Positions 38,876 through 52,319 of a stretch of 64,000 nucleotides of DNA are shown piece by piece. The stretch's first letter is position 1. Every line of letters begins with the position of its first letter. Source of the DNA: Eledone cirrhosa (taxonomy: Eukaryota). A program made the translations under genes and the position numbers. The notes under the pieces were generated by a model, which saw nothing but the letters and a program-made list of their open reading frames with translations, ran no database searches and was not told where the DNA came from. The stretch covers positions 21,080,001-21,144,000 of the forward strand of contig OZ024760.1 in assembly GCA_964016885.1 (NCBI GenBank), given 5' to 3'.

Positions 38876-39364
38876 ACAGAATAAGTCAGATTGGAGCAGG
38901 TGAATTCACAAGCTGATTGTATCATTACAGCATCAGTGTGCCATACATGTCCTTGCAAAACTGAGTCCGATTTTTAACTATTCAAACCCAACATCATAGC
39001 ACGTTAACCCCCCCCCCCCTCGCTGACTTGAGAGTGAGTGCGGTATCTTTGCACTGGAGTGGAGGGGGGATTCCGAAAAAGATAAAATACCGGTATACCT
39101 AACCGGGCGCCAGCCGGACGAGCCAGTAGTAAAATATAAAAAAAAAGGGAGCGTCTTATGCAAAGAGCCGTCCAATAGGCCGGCAAATACGGTATATTGT
39201 TATTAATAATTTAGCGTTAAAAACCATAAAAAAATCGCGGAAAATATTTACGATTGCGTGAATATGTGGTGGTTTCCACGAACAATTCCACGAATAACCG
39301 AGACCGCAAACGTCAGGATCGCGAATGCCGGGGGTACACTGTGTATATCTATCTATCTATCTAA

Positions 39365-39660
39365 GGCGGGTAAAATTCCCGAGATCCATGGACGAGTTCT
39401 CTCCAGCGGTCTCTGTCCCTCATTATCGCTGCCATATCCTGCATCTCCAACAGACCAGTGTCTGTCCTTAGGGCATCAACATATGTTAACCTTGGTCTTC
39501 CTCTTCTAGTGTGTCCATGTAGGGGCTCCCAAAGGAGCACTGAGTGCAATGTCAACTCTGGATGTCGATGAGCATGTCCAGCCAACCTCAGTCTTCTCTG
39601 TGTCACTTTTGAGCTGACTTTTGGGATGCTCCCATACATCTCTGAGTTTTTCATCCTCAG
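39365..39660 (-). mobile_element. RTE LINE 3' fragment (same family at 45900-46150, +)
   Basis: 'RRLRLAGHAHRHPEL..VLLWEPLHGHTRRGRPRLTYVDAL..DTGL..MRDRDRWR'. Confidence 0.85.
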
Positions 39661-39681
39661 TGTATACTGTGTATATATGTT

Positions 39682-39730
<49 letters not shown>

Positions 39731-39849
39731 TAATAACTTCGGAGAAATATCCAAGGTGTAGAGCAACTCACGTCCGTAGGGCGAGTTTTATTACTACGGT
39801 GTTGGCTCCGTTGTAGTAACTGGTCTTAATAATTATATAAATATATATA

Positions 39850-40070
39850 TATTCTAGTCGATCGACTTTCGTCAAATCGGACCGAGGAAAGTATGTTTCC
39901 GTTGGTCTTTCCAATTGCTAATACTATCTATCGGTCGCAACTCCAGGTAGAAGGAGCAACGTGAAATAAAGTGTCTTGCTCAAGGACATAACGCATCGCC
40001 TGGTTCAGGAATCGAACTCACAACCTCACGATTGTGAATCCAATACTCTAACCACTCAGCCACACGCCTA
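39850..40070 (-). mobile_element. SINE family B
   Basis: Reverse A box tggctgagtgg and B box gagttcgattcc. Confidence 0.85.
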
Positions 40071-40076
40071 TATATA

Positions 40077-40382
40077 TATAGGGTGTCCTCCAAACATGTA
40101 TACACACTTCAACAGCATTCTAATAAATATTTGTTTCTACTTTAGGCACAAGGCCAGCAATTAACCAGTTCATTACTGGTACTTTATTTTATCGACCCCG
40201 TAAGGATGAAAGGCAAAGTCAACCTCGGCGGGATTTGAACTCAGATCGTAAAGGGACGTAACTATGCTGGAAAGTATGGCGTCCGACCCTCTACTGATAC
40301 TGCCAATCCACCGCCGTTCTAATAAATATTGCCTGTACATGTAATCAAAGTGTGTATACGTTTTGGGGGAACACCCTATATA
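40077..40382. mobile_element. Tc1/mariner-type MITE containing an inserted family A SINE (40132-40316, -) with a 14 bp TSD
   Basis: TIRs tatagggtgtcc..gtatacacactt / aagtgtgtatac..gaacaccctata; TSD ttctaataaatatt at 40118-40131 and 40317-40330. Confidence 0.8.
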
Positions 40383-40637
40383 TACATTTTGAGTAATAAG
40401 TAACAGGGCAGTCCAACATTTATTTTCTAAATAATATCTACTAAAATTTTGGTAATACAGTAGGAAATTATAAATACATCAAACAAAAGTAGTTAAAAAT
40501 ATATAATTAAAGTAAGTGTTAGAAAAACTGACCCCCGTTCCTCAATATCTTGCAATAAAAATACATTGAGTGCCCGATTATTTACGACCTCCCGCTGACG
40601 AAACGGCCCTACGCCTAATTAAGTAATGTGTATTGCC

Positions 40638-41000
40638 ATTACCTGATATTCTGCAGTACCAGTAATGCACTGGGTAATTGCTGACCTTGTGCCTAACGTA
40701 GAAGCAATTACCTGATATTCTGCAGTACCAGTAATGCACTGGGTAATTGCTGGCCTTGTGCCTAACGTAGAAGCAATTACCTGATATTCTGCAGTACCAG
40801 TAATGCACTGGGTAATTGCTGGCCTTGTGCCTAACGTAGAAACAATTACCTGATATTCTGCAGTACCAGTAATGCACTGGGTAATTGCTGGCCTTGTGCC
40901 TAACGTAGAAACAATTACCTGATATTCTGCAGTACCAGTAATGCACTGGGTAATTGCTGGCCTTGTGCCTAACGTAGAAACAATTACCTGATATTCTGCA
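40638..41000. repeat. 69 bp minisatellite (5 copies) built from the SINE A 3' tail
   Basis: Unit contains agtaccagtaatgcactgggtaattgctggccttgtgcctaacgtagaaacaatt. Confidence 0.93.
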
Positions 41001-41669
41001 CATGGCTGAACCTCTCGGCGCACGACCGGGACCATGGAAACTGCTCTAACAATCTGGGTACAGTATAATCATACCCACACGAAGTCGTTTTCCTGACTGT
41101 TTAATATATATATGTATATATATATATATATATATTACGTTTAGATAGCTTGACCAATTGAAAATTGCGGCAGCCAAAACCTTTCTTAACACTTTGAATT
41201 TACCCGCCAAAAACCGGGGGTTGATTCCCTTGTTGGAAATAACACGTGACAACGAAATGACTGAAGGGCTGTCTATTGTAGCAGTCGCGTTGAGTTGCTG
41301 TTCACACCGGTTTGAGGCCTAGATCGAAATACCTGTCGATGACGTGAATCCACAATTCGATCATAGAATACCACAAGCTTACGTATTACGTAAGTTGGAT
41401 TGATGATTTCGAATTCATAGAAACCTATCGGTCATATTGCAGAATATCGTTCGATTTGTCCAGGTCTGTTGTCTAACCTGATTAGTTATTTCGTTGTTTT
41501 GGTACTATATGGTTGGGTTTTGCCAAGCTATCTAAACGTTATGTTATTACTCTAAGGGCCCTTATTGAGTGCTTTGCTATTCATTCCTAATTGTAGGTCG
41601 ATTTTACTTGGCCGCAGCCGAAGCTTCGATTTTACTAACCTTCCGCTTATACACACACACACACACACA

Positions 41670-41723
<54 letters not shown>

Positions 41724-41725
<2 letters not shown>

Positions 41726-41914
41726 ACGAAGGAAATGTGGTAAGGAACCAGATGGACCATAACGCACCAAAGTACTCAATACTTAGGGTAGTAGAGTGGG
41801 TAATAGGAACGAGTAGGACCTCGACGGCTGAGCTCAAGCCGTTTTGACGGCTAATTCTGGACTTAGACGTCGAAACGGCTTGAGCTCAGCAGTCGGAGTC
41901 CTACTCGTTCCTAT
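41724..41914. mobile_element. (TA)n-anchored pLTR-like element with fold-back end; family copies at 24803-24935, 44650-44818, 45665-45866
   Basis: Shared body aacgaagg..gtggtaaggaaccag..gtactcaatacttag; inverted arms 41803-41914; hammerhead 3' half GAA-ACGGC..GCCGT-C. Confidence 0.7.
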
Positions 41915-41921
41915 ATATATA

Positions 41922-42038
<117 letters not shown>

Positions 42039-42142
42039 TATAATATAATATAATACAGAAGGAAATCCCCAGTAAGCTTTCTACTAATGTATTGAGTACC
42101 TTATTTATTGTGGTTACTCAGTTGAACCCGGAACTCACACAG

Positions 42143-42192
<50 letters not shown>

Positions 42193-42334
42193 GTAAGTGT
42201 TAGAACATATATATATATATATATTCATACCACTATGCAATATATATATGTGTGTGTGTGCATGAGCGTAAGTGTGTGTGTGTGTGTGTGTGAACATGAG
42301 TGTAAGTGTGTGTGCATGTGTGTGCATGTGTGTG

Positions 42335-42441
<107 letters not shown>

Positions 42442-42955
42442 CTTGTCCACATATACATCTAACAACCTGCGTAAAAATAAAAATAAAAATAAAATAAAAT
42501 AAAATAAAATAATTGTAGGTTTAAAATGTATATGAAGGATCGGATGTCACTGACTGTATGGTGGGGGACTCTTTTATTTTTCACTTTTATATCATTTATA
42601 TTTAGCTAGTTTTTTTGTTGTTGTTTTTTTTTTCGTGATGGTGGTGGTGGTGGTGGGGAGTTTCCTTCTTACTCCCCCAAAAATATGTTGCTTATAAAAT
42701 GGAAGGGTCTGCACTATTTGGTTTATAAATTTTAAACAAAATTTGTCAGGGTGGCTAATCCACCTAACAAGCCAGTCAGCCAGTCAGCCAGTCAGTTATA
42801 AGACAGTGTGATTTGCTGCAAGCGGAATAAAGATAAAGATAAAGATACAGAAATAGGTAGAGATAGAAAAGAAAGGTTTTACCAACATTATACCAACATT
42901 ATACTAAAATACAACATATATACAACACGACATTACACAACATAAGCTGATCACA

Positions 42956-43009
42956 ATGTTACGTTACATGGTCGTCTGCTTATTGCTGGCTTCCAGCATC
43001 AAAGCTGAG
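42956..43009 (+). CDS. ITIH-like gene, coding exon 1 (signal peptide MLRYMVVCLLLASSIKAE)
   Basis: ATG in acaATG context, hydrophobic signal-peptide-like 18 codons, donor GAG|gtatgt, phase 0 matching the next exon. Confidence 0.7.
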
Positions 43010-43222
43010 GTATGTATTAATATTATCATACATTTATTTATATTACGTTTATATTCAGATTATACTTAAAATATATTAACTTATATTTTTATTTATATAT
43101 TATATTGAAATTTACTTTATATTCAATTTACTGTTACATTTCCCATCATTTTCCGATGATATTTCCAACTTGAAACAAATATTTTTGTTGTGTGCCTCTC
43201 CTTTCTTTCTTTTCTTTTTCAT

Positions 43223-43270
<48 letters not shown>

Positions 43271-43277
<7 letters not shown>

Positions 43278-43455
43278 TGAGATTCTACAGGACTAGAACT
43301 GTTTCATTCATTAGAAATCATCAGGACTGATGATTTCTAATGAATGAAACAGTTCTAGTCCTGTAGAATCTCATCTATATTAAAACTTTTATACTCTGCT
43401 ATGTATTGAGTACCTTACTTACTGTGGTTACCTCCGATTCAACCCGGAATAACGT
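43271..43455. mobile_element. Perfect palindrome (43271-43380) of a hammerhead-like pLTR end; family copy at 43911-44097, fragment at 42085-42135
   Basis: CTGATGA-t-ttc taat gaa-t-GAAAC agttcta GTC on both strands; stem I lost at the junction. Confidence 0.72.
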
Positions 43456-43528
43456 ATATATATATATATATATATAGATATAGATAGGTAAATATACACG
43501 GGTGTGTATGATTGTGTATAGAAGATTA

Positions 43529-43892
43529 TATTAATAAGAGGAATTCCAACTTTGTCTGATTTACTCGTTTTATTTACAATCCTTTAAAATATATATAATG
43601 GTATTATAATGAAATAGTGTGATAGAATATTAAATTCTAAGTGTTAATTGAACAAGTACTTTCATGCTTTCGCAATCTTCAGATTCATGATATGACAGTT
43701 GAAAATTGCAAACTCGACTGTCACCACATATCATGAACCTGAAGATTGCGAAAGCATGAAAGTACTTGTTCAATTAACACTTAGAATTTAATATTCTATC
43801 ATACTATTTCATTATAATACCATTATATATATTTTAAAGGATTGTAAATAAAACGAGTAAATCAGACAAAGTTGGAATTCCTCTTATTAATA
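43529..43892. mobile_element. Head-to-head palindromic pLTR-like element, about 165 bp arms
   Basis: Near-perfect reverse-complement arms ending at (TA)n. Confidence 0.8.
43734..43772 (+). ncRNA. Minimal type I hammerhead motif (mirror copy at 43649-43687, -)
   Basis: tgaac-CTGAAGA-t-TGC GAAA GCA-t-GAA-AGTACT-T-gttca; 5 bp stem I, GNRA-capped stem II, palindromic stem III. Confidence 0.75.
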
Positions 43893-44330
43893 TATATATA
43901 TATATATATATAGAAATGGCTTCTACAGGACAAGAACTGTTTTATTCGAAGGAAATCATCAGGGAAGCTTGATGATTTCCTTCGAATGAAACATTTCTTG
44001 TTCTGTAGAAGCCATTTCTATATTAAATCTTATATATATTCTACCATGTATTGAATACCTTACTTACTGTGGTTATACCGATTGAAGCCGAGGCCCACAT
44101 ATATATACATACAGTAATACACTGGGGTAATTGCTGGCCTTGTGCCTAAAGTAGAAACAATTATTGTTTGTGTCAAACGGTCCAATAAAACTTTTGTTAG
44201 CAATATTAAGTTCTCCACGCTTTTGTATAATCTCCAATTCCATTTATGGGAACAGCTAGATGATGTAAAACGGATTATTTGTATCAAAATAAAGATCCCA
44301 AGGCATGGTATAAATTTCCAATCATTTTAA

Positions 44331-44408
44331 TCACGACATATGTTTCAATAAGAGATAGATAGATCGATCGTGTAGCCATGATCGATTATCACTGATCTCG
44401 TCAGGTGA
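44331..44408 (-). ncRNA. Type I hammerhead motif with long stem II, in palindrome 44282-44635
   Basis: tcac-CTGACGA-(..atcgatc atggctacac gatcgat..)-GAA-ACATATGT-C-gtga; GUC triplet. The plus-strand mirror (44528-44595) has GUC changed to GAC. Confidence 0.72.
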
Positions 44409-44813
44409 AAATGAATTGTCTTCAAATGCTTGATATGAGGGAGAAAATTATGAGGGATTAAACTCTGTGAATGAACACCGTTAATTTTCTCCCTCATATC
44501 AAGGATTTGAAGACAATTCATTTTTGCCTGACGAAATCAGTGATAATCGATCATGGCTACACGATCGATCTATCTCTTATTGAAACATATGACGATTGGA
44601 AATTTATTCCATGCCTTCGGATCTTTATTTTGATATATATATATATATATAACAAAGAGGGTGTGGTAAGATACCAGGTGGACCATAACACACCAGAGTA
44701 CTCAATATGTAGGGTAGTAGAGTGGGTGATAGGAAAAGAGTCAGGACGCCGACGGGTGAGCTCCGGCCGTTTCGATAGCTAGATTCGGATCTCACCCGTC
44801 GGGGGTCCTTTCC

Positions 44814-44906
<93 letters not shown>

Positions 44907-45069
44907 GGGTCACAGAGGGGGCCTTGAAAAAGAGTAGTGATGACATATATACATACACACACTCACACACACATATATCTATACATATGTGTGTGTATGT
45001 ATGTGTGTATGTATGTGTATCTGCACTCTACGTATACTTCTGTATTATTATTTTCCCCCCAAAATGGAT

Positions 45070-45262
45070 TGGCGGTGGATTGGCAGTATCGGTAGAGGGT
45101 CGGACACCATGCTTTGAAGCATAGAGTTACGTCCCTTTATGATCTGAGTTCAAATCCCGCCGAGGTTAACTTTGCCTTTCATCCTTATGGGGTCGATAAA
45201 ATAAAGTACCAGTAATGTACTGGGTAATTGCTGGCCTTGTGCCTAAAATAGAAACAATTATT
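45070..45262 (+). mobile_element. SINE family A
   Basis: Full copy flanked by an attattttccccc duplication. Confidence 0.88.
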
Positions 45263-45532
45263 TTCCCCCTATAAATCTGTTTTTAGCTATTTCAGAAACA
45301 GTAAAAATATGTAAAACATTCCAAAGATTTTGCATCTAATAATTGCATATACACATGTACAGATACATAGTATATACATATGCACACATTTATATTAAAA
45401 AGTGAGGTTTTTTTTACAAAATGAAAAATAACCGAGGTGTCCTACATGAGTGAAAGTATAAAGAAAAAAAGATGAAATTGAAAATGCAACTGGAGTCTTA
45501 TTTAAAAAAATATATATATATTTATTTGGTTC

Positions 45533-45568
45533 CTTTACCGGTTTCGCAGTTCTTCTGCTTTTCAAAAG
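45533..45568 (-). ncRNA. Hammerhead variant with U3:A8 core
   Basis: ctt-TTGAAAA-GCAG aagaa CTGC-GAA-ACCGGT-A-aag. Confidence 0.62.
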
Positions 45569-45618
45569 TAGAGTTGAGATGGAGGGTCTGTGGTTTTTCT
45601 CACATCTGTGGTTTTTCT

Positions 45619-45667
<49 letters not shown>

Positions 45668-46147
45668 CGAAGGAAGTGTGGTAAGGAACCAGATAGACCA
45701 TAACGCACCAGAGTACTCAATACTTAGCGTAGTAGAGTGGGTAATAGGAAAATGTTTAACCCCGACGGCAGAGCTCAACCCGTTTCCACGGCTATTTATG
45801 GACTCTGAGTCCAGAAATAGCCGTCGAAACGGCTTGAGCTCTGCCGTCGGGGTTAAACATCTTCCCACACATATATATATATATATATATATCCTCTGCC
45901 TCAAAAGTGACCTAGAGGAGAGTGAGGTTAGCTGGACATGCTCATCGACATCCAGAGTTGACACTGCACTCAGTGCTCATGTGGGAGCCCCTACATGGAC
46001 ACACTAGAAGAGGAAGACCAAGGTTAAACGTATGTTGATGCCCTAAGGACAGAGACTGGTCTGTTGGAGACGCAGGACATGGCAGCGATAATGAGTGACA
46101 GAGACCGCTGGAGAGAACTCGTCCATGGATCTCGAGAATTTTACCCG

Positions 46148-46189
<42 letters not shown>

Positions 46190-46423
46190 ATATTAAATAA
46201 ATGGAAGCTATATTTATAAAACCATATTTATTCTATTATATATATTTCAAGGGTACCAAAAACTTTGGTACGCTTTCATCAGATAAAATACAAAGAGTGT
46301 TTTATAAATTTTGACATAGCCAAGGAAACGATACCTTATCAGTTGAATTTTCCTTGGGTAGTCTACCCAAGGAAAATTCAACTGATAAGGTATGATTTCC
46401 TTGGCTATGTCAAAATTTTTGTA

Positions 46424-46481
46424 TTTTATCTGATGAAAGCGTACCAAAGTTTTTGGTACCCTTGAAATATATATAATAGAA
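46424..46481 (+). ncRNA. Type I hammerhead motif in palindrome 46185-46527 (mirror copy at 46231-46288, -)
   Basis: ttttat-CTGATGA-aag c GTACCAAA gtt TTTGGTAC c ctt-GAA-ATATATAT-A-atagaa. Confidence 0.8.
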
Positions 46482-46617
46482 TAAATATGGTTTTATAAAT
46501 TTAGTTTCCATTTATTTAATATCATTGAATACTTACTCCAGAACTCTGTCGAGTGCTCTGAATCAGTTATAAACATTTATATTTGTTGAATTTCCAACAA
46601 ATTAAATATCCCTTCTG

Positions 46618-46671
<54 letters not shown>

Positions 46672-46698
46672 TAGAAGGGATATATATATATATATAAG

Positions 46699-46729
<31 letters not shown>

Positions 46730-46746
46730 AGACTGTTTATATTGTA

Positions 46747-46808
46747 TTTTGTCTGAAGAAGGCATAACATATTGTTAATATGATATCCCTGAAATATATA
46801 TAATGAAA
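46747..46808 (+). ncRNA. Type I hammerhead motif, same family as 46424, with a rewritten stem II
   Basis: ttttgt-CTGAAGA-agg c ata a catatt gtt aatatg a tat c cct-GAA-ATATATAT-A-atgaaa. Confidence 0.8.
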
Positions 46809-46877
46809 TAAATATGGTTTTATAAATATAGTTTCCATTTATTTAATATCATATATATATATATATAAATATATAAG

Positions 46878-47006
<129 letters not shown>

Positions 47007-47033
47007 TAGAAGGGATATATATATATATATAAG

Positions 47034-47077
<44 letters not shown>

Positions 47078-47097
47078 TATATATATATATATATAAG

Positions 47098-47152
<55 letters not shown>

Positions 47153-47179
47153 TAGAAGGGATATATATATATATATAAG

Positions 47180-47239
<60 letters not shown>

Positions 47240-47933
47240 TAAAAATATATGAGAGAGACCCATGTTTCAGTCTTCTGGGTGTTGATAACAGAACAGAACT
47301 CTGTTGGACGCTAAAAACCGGAACTTCTTCTCTACCAGACAATTGCCAAAACATGCAAGAAAGAAAACAATGAAAACATATAACAGCAACAACAACAACA
47401 ATACTCTCACCCCCAACACCATTGCCACCATCACCCCCACTACTATTCCCAACAGCAACTTCAATCTATTATATAATGAAATCTGTCAAACATAAATACA
47501 AATTTGCACTTCCCCTGTGAAAAGGATATTGTTTATGTAAACATATATATTTATAATTGCCTATATAAATCTACACACACACATATACACATATATGCAC
47601 ATATATTTATATATATATATGAAAACAGGGCGAAAGAGACGATTATTAGGAAGAAAAAAAATATTTTTTTCCATTTTTATTTCTTTCTCTCTTTTTTCTG
47701 GGTTAGAAAATGATTAAAACGAAATGTTTTACTTTGTGTGAAGTGTTAAGGTATTAGTTGATTTATTTATTATTTAACAATGGCATTTATTTATCTATTT
47801 ATATATTTAATAATTGTCTATTACCGGTTTCAGCATTTTTATGCATTATCAGCATTTTTATGCATTTCAGAATTTTTTCAGCATTTTTATGCATTATCAA
47901 ATGATAGTGATATAATCGTCTCTTTCTCCCTGT

Positions 47934-47995
<62 letters not shown>

Positions 47996-48019
47996 TAACT
48001 CGTGTGCTTCCTCTCCACA

Positions 48020-48070
<51 letters not shown>

Positions 48071-48103
48071 ATGATAAAATGTGGAGAGGAGGCACACGAG
48101 TTA

Positions 48104-48137
<34 letters not shown>

Positions 48138-48147
48138 AGGGAGAAAG

Positions 48148-49240
48148 ATCTACAGATAGTATCAGCAATGGAAAGACCAATAGAAACATTGTTTCCTTGG
48201 TCTGATTTGACAATCTACAGATAGTATCAGCAATGGAAAGACCAATGGAAACATTGTTTCCTTGGTCTGATTTGACAATCTACAGATAGTCTCAGTAATG
48301 GAAAGACCAATAGAAACATTGTTTCCTTGGTCTGATCTGACAATCTACAGATAGTCTCAGTAATGGAAAGACCAATAGAAACATTGTTTCCTTGGTCTGA
48401 TCTGACAATCTACAGACAGTATCAGCAATGGAAAGACCAATGGAAACATTGTTTCCTTGGTCTGATCTGACAATCTACAGATAGTATCAGCAATGGTAAG
48501 ACCAATGGAAACATTGTTTCCTTGGTCAGATCTGACAATCTACAGATAGTATCAGTAATGGTAAGACCAATGGAAACATTGTTTCCTTGGTCTGATCTGA
48601 CAATCTACAGATAGTATCAGTAATGGTAAGACCAATGGAAACATTGTTTCCTTGGTCAGATCTGACAATCTACAGATAGTATCAGTAATGGTAAGACCAA
48701 TGGAAACATTGTTTCCTTGGTCTGATCTGACAATCTACAGATAGTATCAGCAATGGTAAGACCAATGGAAACATTGTTTCCTTGGTCTGATCTGACAATC
48801 TACAGATAGTATCAGTAATGGTAAGACGAATGGAAACATTGTTTCCTTGGTCAGATCTGACAATCTACAGATAGTATCAGTAATGGAAAGACCAATGGAA
48901 ACACTGTTTTCTTGGTCTGATCTGACAATCTACAGATAGTATCAGCAATGGAAAGACCAATAGAAACATTGTTTCCTTGGTCTGATCTGACAATCTACAG
49001 ATAGTATCAGCAATGGAAAGACCAATGGAAACATTGTTTCCTTGGTCTGATCTGACAATCTACAGATAGTCTCAGTAATGGAAAGACCAATAGAAACATT
49101 GTTTCCTTGGTCTGATCTGACAATCTACAGACAGTATCAGCAATGGTAAGACCAATGGAAACATTGTTTCCTTGGTTAAATCTGACAATCTACAGATAGT
49201 ATCAGCAATGGAAAGACCAATGGAAAAAATGTTTCCTTGA
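48148..49240. repeat. 65 bp minisatellite (about 17 copies) with an internal hairpin
   Basis: Unit atctacagatagtatcagcaatggaaagaccaatggaaacattgtttccttggtctgatctgaca. Confidence 0.96.
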
Positions 49241-49576
49241 CTCCTTTCTGTTTTATATTCCTTAATCTCTCTATGTAGAAAAATAAAATAAAAAAGTTGC
49301 TTTTTTTATTTCTCTATCAATTACCTAAATGAACTATTTCTGTAGTCTGTGAAGCGGTTAATATCTGCCACATTTTTTACATCGGACTAGAAATACGATA
49401 TTTAAGGCAAGCTGTGGGTGGGATATTATGTTTTATTGAAACCAGCATCTTAAACACCACCATTAACACCATTCTTTATCTTTGTTGCTGTAACTGTTGC
49501 TTTTAATTTTGTAAGCGGTGTTGCTGTCATCGCTGTCTTTGTCGTTACCATGTCCCAGAATGTATTCAATATAATA

Positions 49577-49885
49577 TAATTGTTTCTACTTTTGGTACAA
49601 GGCCATTACCAGTGCATTACTGGTACTTTATTTTATCGACCCCGCAAGGATGAAAGGCAAAAGTTAACCTCAGCGGGATTTGAACTCACATCGTAAAGGG
49701 CCGTAACTCTATGCTGCAAAGCATGACGTCCGATCCTCTACCGATATTGACAATCCCAAACATACGTTTTTTCATATCAACACAAAAGCAATATAATATA
49801 ATTGTTTCTACTTTAGCACAAGGCCAGCAAATTACCCAGTGCATTACTGGTACTTTATTTTATCGACCCCGTAAGGATGAAAAGC
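49577..49885 (-). mobile_element. SINE family A full copy (49577-49756) plus a partial copy (49799-49885)
   Basis: Family body on the reverse strand. Confidence 0.82.
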
Positions 49886-50020
49886 AATATAATATAATGA
49901 AATATATAAAAAAAACAGTAAAACTAATATTTAATGCTACATACATGCACACAAATACACACATATGTGTATATACTTACACACACACTCATATATATAT
50001 GCGTACGCACAAACACATAC

Positions 50021-50073
<53 letters not shown>

Positions 50074-50219
50074 CAAATGTGAGTATGCGTGTATATGTAG
50101 ATGTGTATATGTATATAACATCAACTATAAATAGAGCGAAACGAGAAAGTATGTTGACAAAATGTTGATAGTTATAATAATAATAATGATTTCTTTCTTT
50201 CTTTATTTATTTATTTAGT

Positions 50220-50261
<42 letters not shown>

Positions 50262-50262
<1 letters not shown>

Positions 50263-52310
50263 GTTTCTTTATTGGCCACAAGGGCTAACATGAAGAAAAA
50301 CATTACAGACGGCGCAGAACGGTACAGGACGATACAAAGTGGGTTTTGGCCGTTTAAAAAAGGTTATAACAAGAAGATAGAAATATCCAAAAAATTCAAA
50401 CAACAAAAATTCCCCTATGGGGGGGGGGGGGAACTTCCGAGAGTCACTCGTGGCGAAAACCACACAAAAGACCACGGCCACCCTGATAGCCAGGGCAAGT
50501 GCCCTCTCTCAGTTTTCCACTCCTCAGTCTACAGGCGCACACTCGGATCAGACTCGCCACTTTCAGCCACCTTTCAACAAACTTACTAGAAGACACCACT
50601 TGTCTCTCTCTCTGCCCTGATTTTCCTCTTCAAGTGAAATTTGAAAAAGTTAATCAGGGATTCGCCGAAGAAGAAAGTGTCCGTCTTCAATCCTTTCAAC
50701 CTTGTCCACCATACAATCTCTTTCGCCATGGCCACCAGGCAGATGAAAACTGCCTGCCCTTCCTCCTCCTTAAAGGAGGACGGCGGGGCTATCTGCACAA
50801 TGGACTCAGTCGATAACCGGATCCGTCCTACACGTGACAGCAAATGTTCGACATAGTTCCACGAGTCAGCAATGTTCGGACACTGAACGAGTGCGTGTAC
50901 AACGGTTTCGTCGCTCTGTGCGCACCTCGGTCAGGTTCGGATGACGGCACTTCCGTGCCTGTACAGCTTATCTCGAACCGGCAACGCTCCCCGGTAGCAC
51001 TGCCAGGCTAGGGATTTCTGGAAGTTGTCCATAGGCCCGGGGCTGAAAGTTCTCTTGAAGAGAGCGAACAGCTGATCGTCTTCGACGCCCAAGGTCTCCC
51101 CGAGAACGTCGTCACTCTTCTCCTCCAATAGTCCTCTATAGAACGCCGAGATGGATGTTCCACCGATACTAGTGGCCAGCCGGTAGAAGTCTGTGAGCGC
51201 TTGAAGACATTCCAGCTTCCAAGCGCAGGACTGCAGCTCCGTTAATGAGACGAGCTGGGGAAAAAACACGTCTGGCAAACGGTGACCACACATGTTCACC
51301 GTCAAGGAAGCACCAGAGATGTCGCAGCCTCAGCGCGTGTTTGCGCATCATCAGCCACGCAATGGGTGTTGACAGCAGATGGATCGTCTGACCATGGGAG
51401 CACGTCCATTCCATAAAAAGCGGAAGAGGAGGCGCTCCATTTTTGTCAGAGTTGGGCCGGCGCAAGGCACAACGGTTAGGCGGTAGCAGATGACTGATGC
51501 GATGAACGCATTCGCCACCTCTGCCCGACCTTTCAGGGACAGCTTCCTCTCGGCCCATTTCTGGGTGAGAGAAGCCACCCTGTTTGTCACCTCGCTCCAT
51601 CTTTTCTCCATCTGGAGGTCCGGACCGAACCAGACCCCGAGCAATTTAACCGGTCCTTCTGTCCAGCGCCCCACGACGCTGTCGAGCGGCATGAACTTAC
51701 CTCTCGAGGTGCCGAGCTGCAAGTCCACCGACTTTTCCTGGTTTAACTTTGCTCCTGTCACTGCTTCATATTCCTTGAGAGCGGTGCCGAGCATCTGGAC
51801 ATGTCCGGTGCTTGACACCACTACGGTGACGTCGTCAGCATAAGCCGATACGGATCTCCCACATTCCAGTTCGCGTGGGACGTCTCTCTTCGTCTCCAAT
51901 TTGTGCAGTAACGGCTCTAGGGCCAATACGTACAAGAGTGACGAGAGGGGACAACCCTGACGGACCGAGCGCATCATGCTGACTGACGGCTGTGACAGAT
52001 GACCGTTCACCTTCACAACTGAGCAGATATCGCTGTGCATCGCAGCGATCCAACCCCTGAAAATGGGCCCGAAACCAGCCGCCTCGAGGACCGCCGCCAG
52101 GTACCGATGGTCGACCCTATCAAATGCCTTAGATTGATCTAAGTTGATCAGGGCCCAACCCGTGCCAGGTTCCTTAACCGCCATGTATCGCATGAGGTGG
52201 AGGTTGTCGTGGATGGATCTGTCTGGAATGGCGCATGTCTGCGCCTCTCCTACCAGATTACCGACGACAAGCGCCAATATCGTTGCTAACACCTTGGCCA
52301 AAATCTTGAA
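50262..52310 (-). mobile_element. L1/Tx1-clade LINE, 5'-truncated RT and C-terminal region, 3' end next to (TAA)n
   Basis: 'LDQSKAFDRVDH', 'SVRQGCPLSSLLYVLALEPLL', 'SAYADDV', 'KLLGVWFG', 'LSLKGRA', 'ALPVRDKL', CCHC remnant near 50880-50930. Confidence 0.9.
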
Positions 52311-52319
52311 ATCTTGAAA

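Noticed and set aside
42690-42800. TATA and initiator motifs upstream of ITIH exon 1
   Set aside because: Several tataa and tcagt candidates, but the spacing is not convincing in AT-rich DNA.
48148-49240. CRISPR-like array of palindromic repeats
   Set aside because: The intervening sequences are near-identical rather than unique spacers; eukaryotic context and no cas genes.
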